Source: Alphaproteobacteria bacterium (GTDB lineage: Bacteria; Pseudomonadota; Alphaproteobacteria; UBA828). From it: a stretch of DNA of 64,000 bases. Within the stretch, counting starts at the first letter, position 1, and the number at the start of each line of letters is the position of its first letter. Made by a program: the position numbers and the translations under genes. The notes under the pieces were generated by a model that was given only the letters and a program-made list of their open reading frames with translations, was not told where the DNA came from and did not search any database. Below, piece after piece: positions 61,448-64,000 of the stretch. Location of the stretch: assembly GCA_965237415.1 (NCBI GenBank), contig CBDEFM010000002.1:1216001-1280000 (forward strand). The letters are read 5' to 3'.

Positions 61448-63846
61448 CCAGGGCCGGCGAGGCACGCTGGATCGGCCGCTCGCTGGAGCGGCGCGAGGAT
61501 CTGCGCCTGCTCACGGGCCAAGGCGAATACCTTGCGGATCTCCGCGTCCCCGATTGCCTCCATCTCTGCTTCGTCCGCTCGAGTCACGCGCACGCCAAGA
61601 TAAGGAGCGTTCGACTGGAGACGGCGCTAGCGATGCCGGGCGTGGTCGGCGCGATCGCCGGCGCCGAACTCTCTAAGGAGATTCAGGGCCAAAAGATTCC
61701 GGTATTGATCCCCGCCTTCGCCGCGACCTATCGCCAGTACTGGCCGCTCGCGGTGGACGAGGTGTATTGGCACGGCGAGCCGCTCGCCGCGATCGTGGCG
61801 CAAGACAAGTATGTCGCCGAGGACGCCGCGGCCGCCGTGGAGGTCGATTACGAGCCGCTCCCCGTCGTCACCGACGCCGAGGCTGCGCTGCGCGACGGCG
61901 CACCGCGGGTCTATGACGACTGGGACAGCAACGAGATTTTTGGCACCAGCTACACCGGCGGCTCCGAAGCGGACGAGATCGCCGCGAACGACGCCGAGGT
62001 CGAGGCCTTGTTCGCCAAGGCCGACGTGGTGCTCGAGCAACGCTTCCGCACCCACCGCTGCGGTGTCTGCCCCATCGAGACCCGGGGCGCGCTCGCGATC
62101 TGGAGCGATGCGGACGGGTTGACCGTGCACCTGACGACGCAACGCCCTCACATCGAGCGTCTCGCCCTTGCCGACCTCCTCGAGCTTTCGACCGCCGAGG
62201 TTCGGGTCGTCGCACCACGCGATCAGGGCGGCGGCTTCGGCGTCAAGGCGCCGTTCTACCGCGAGCATGTCGTGGTCTGTCATCTCGCGCGCAAGCTCGC
62301 CCGACCAGTGCGCTGGATCGAGACACGCGAAGAACACCTGATGACGGTGAGCCAGGAGCGCGACCAGATCCACGATCTCGAAATCGCGGCGGACAAGGAG
62401 GGCCGCATCCTCGCGCTCCGCAATCGCGGCATTGCCGATGTGGGCGATGGGCGCCAGGGGGTCTATTGGGGCTTCGTCATGCCCTCGCTCGGCTCGGTCA
62501 TGCTGCCGAACGCCTACGCGATCGGGCGTGCCGATATCAAGCTGCGCTGCGCGGTCACCAACAAGACCTGCCTGAGCCCGTCGCGCTCGTTCGGTGCGCT
62601 GCCCACACGTTTCGCGCTCGAACGCGGCCTCGACATGCTGGCACGCAAGCTCGGGCTCGAAACGGTGGACCTCAAGCGCAGGAACCTGATCACCGACTTC
62701 CCGTTCACCAGCGTTACGGGTGTCCATCACGACAGCGGCGATTACGTGAAGGCGTGGGACACGCTGCTGGACAAGGTCGATCTCGCCGGCTTTCGCGCGC
62801 TGCAGAAGGAAGCCCGTGCCGAGGGTCACTATCTCGGGATCGGCTTCGCCTGCGGTGCCGAGTTCTCCGGGATTCCCTCGGACGTGCTGGTGCCCCTGGA
62901 GAACCAGCCCGGCTACGGCGTCGTCACCATGCGCATCGACCCGCGCGGCAAGGTGGCGATCCACGAAGGCGATGCGCCGCAGGGCCAAAGCCACGAGACC
63001 ACGATGGCGCAAGTTGCCGCAGACGCATTCGGCATTCATCCGGACGACGTGAGCGTGCGGCACGGCGATACCGCTACGACGCCGCTCAGCTCGGGCACCA
63101 TCGGCGCGCGCGGCGCCTCCTACACCGTTGCCGCCATCGCCGACGCCGCGGCCGCTCTCAAGGCGAAGATGGCGCGCTACATGATCCACGATCACGGGCT
63201 GGAGGGCGCGAGCCCCGACGATTTCAGCTTCAGGGGCGGCGCGGTCATCTACAGGAAGGATGGCAATATCCGCCGCGAGTTCGCCGCGCTCGCGGATCGC
63301 ATCGTGATGGGGTCGATCGACCTGCCGCCCGGCGAGAGTCCCGGTCTTGAGCACACGGCCTATTTCGAAGCGCCCAAGGCCATGATCTGCTTCACCGCGC
63401 AGGCGGCCAAGGTCGAGGTCGATATCGAAACCGGGCAGTTCGCCATCCTCGACTACGCCACCTGCGAAGATGTCGGCACCGTGATCAATCCGATCGTCGT
63501 CGAAGGCCAGGTTCAGGGCGGCGTCGTCCAGGGCATGTCGAACGCACTGTTCGAGGAGTTCCTGTACGACGAGAACGGCCAGCAGTTGACGGCCGATTTC
63601 GAGAATTATCGCCTCGCCTCTGCTGCCGACGTCCCGAACGTGACGGTCAGCCACTCGCCCACGCCCTGCCCGGACCATCCCCTGGGGGTTCGCGCGGTGG
63701 GCGAAGGCAGGCCGGGGCCCGTCCCGGCCGCGCTCGCCAACGCCATTTGCGATGCGCTCTCGCCCTTCGGCGTCGAAATCACGACGCTTCCGCTCAAGCC
63801 CGAGATGATTTTCGCCTTGATCGAAGCTGGCCGCGCTGGGACTTAG
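61444..63846 (+). CDS. Xanthine dehydrogenase-family molybdopterin subunit (CoxL-like; not a canonical CO dehydrogenase)
   Basis: RREDLRLLTGQG, GGGFGVK, QGQSHET, GQVQGG, AVGE; active-site loop SPSRSFG. Confidence 0.9.
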   Translation: MTRAGEARWIGRSLERREDLRLLTGQGEYLADLRVPDCLHLCFVRSSHAHAKIRSVRLETALAMPGVVGAIAGAELSKEIQGQKIPVLIPAFAATYRQYWPLAVDEVYWHGEPLAAIVAQDKYVAEDAAAAVEVDYEPLPVVTDAEAALRDGAPRVYDDWDSNEIFGTSYTGGSEADEIAANDAEVEALFAKADVVLEQRFRTHRCGVCPIETRGALAIWSDADGLTVHLTTQRPHIERLALADLLELSTAEVRVVAPRDQGGGFGVKAPFYREHVVVCHLARKLARPVRWIETREEHLMTVSQERDQIHDLEIAADKEGRILALRNRGIADVGDGRQGVYWGFVMPSLGSVMLPNAYAIGRADIKLRCAVTNKTCLSPSRSFGALPTRFALERGLDMLARKLGLETVDLKRRNLITDFPFTSVTGVHHDSGDYVKAWDTLLDKVDLAGFRALQKEARAEGHYLGIGFACGAEFSGIPSDVLVPLENQPGYGVVTMRIDPRGKVAIHEGDAPQGQSHETTMAQVAADAFGIHPDDVSVRHGDTATTPLSSGTIGARGASYTVAAIADAAAALKAKMARYMIHDHGLEGASPDDFSFRGGAVIYRKDGNIRREFAALADRIVMGSIDLPPGESPGLEHTAYFEAPKAMICFTAQAAKVEVDIETGQFAILDYATCEDVGTVINPIVVEGQVQGGVVQGMSNALFEEFLYDENGQQLTADFENYRLASAADVPNVTVSHSPTPCPDHPLGVRAVGEGRPGPVPAALANAICDALSPFGVEITTLPLKPEMIFALIEAGRAGT

Positions 63847-63914
63847 CCCGGATTTCTCACCGGGCTCGCAGCCTGCGTCATCGCCCATCGCGAATTTGGC
63901 GAGACCTTCCAGGC
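63844..63914. repeat. REP/REPIN-like doublet, family 1, inverted copy overlapping the stop codon
   Basis: TAGCCCGGATTTCTCACC ... TGGCGAGACCTTCCAGGC (second arm degenerate). Confidence 0.7.
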
Positions 63915-64000
63915 CGTGCTCTCAGGCGCGCTTGCGACCCGCTCCCCGTTGACGCGCAACCGGACAGCATAATACTGACGCCCGGTGCTACGCACCCGGC

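Noticed and set aside
61444-63846. Aerobic CO dehydrogenase assignment
   Set aside because: It lacks the Cu-binding AYxCSFR motif.
63949-63976. Sigma-70 promoter TTGACG...CATAATACT
   Set aside because: Spacing is ambiguous and the downstream gene is outside the window, so it is not supportable.

Overview
High-GC bacterial chromosome segment, most likely an alphaproteobacterium (inferred from the gyrA-coaD-queA-tgt, gltD-gltB and rnd/NDUFA9-like/uppP gene orders). The Mrp antiporter and RTX protein hint at a marine or host-associated lifestyle. From left to right it contains: (1) a peptide/nickel-family ABC transporter with hydantoinase/oxoprolinase A/B and a racemase; (2) rubredoxin and a single-barrel MetE-like protein; (3) an orphan Mu-like terminase large subunit and portal separated by an RTX gene, followed by a small HicBA-like cassette; (4) pyc, phnW and Mo-hydroxylase accessory genes; (5) an MrpA-less Mrp operon; (6) a frameshifted PPOX gene, an archaeal-type purM and a stack of nested intergenic repeats; (7) core genes rnd to gyrA; (8) a frameshifted Mrr islet next to tRNA-Ser(CGA); (9) hydroquinone dioxygenase, a CoA transferase A subunit and an acetamidase; (10) a low-GC wecBC islet with IS256 inserted in wecB; (11) a CoxMSL-like Mo hydroxylase. 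The most unusual signals are the intact orphan packaging pair, a modular non-coding repeat present in three places, and three genes frameshifted by short locally copied insertions.
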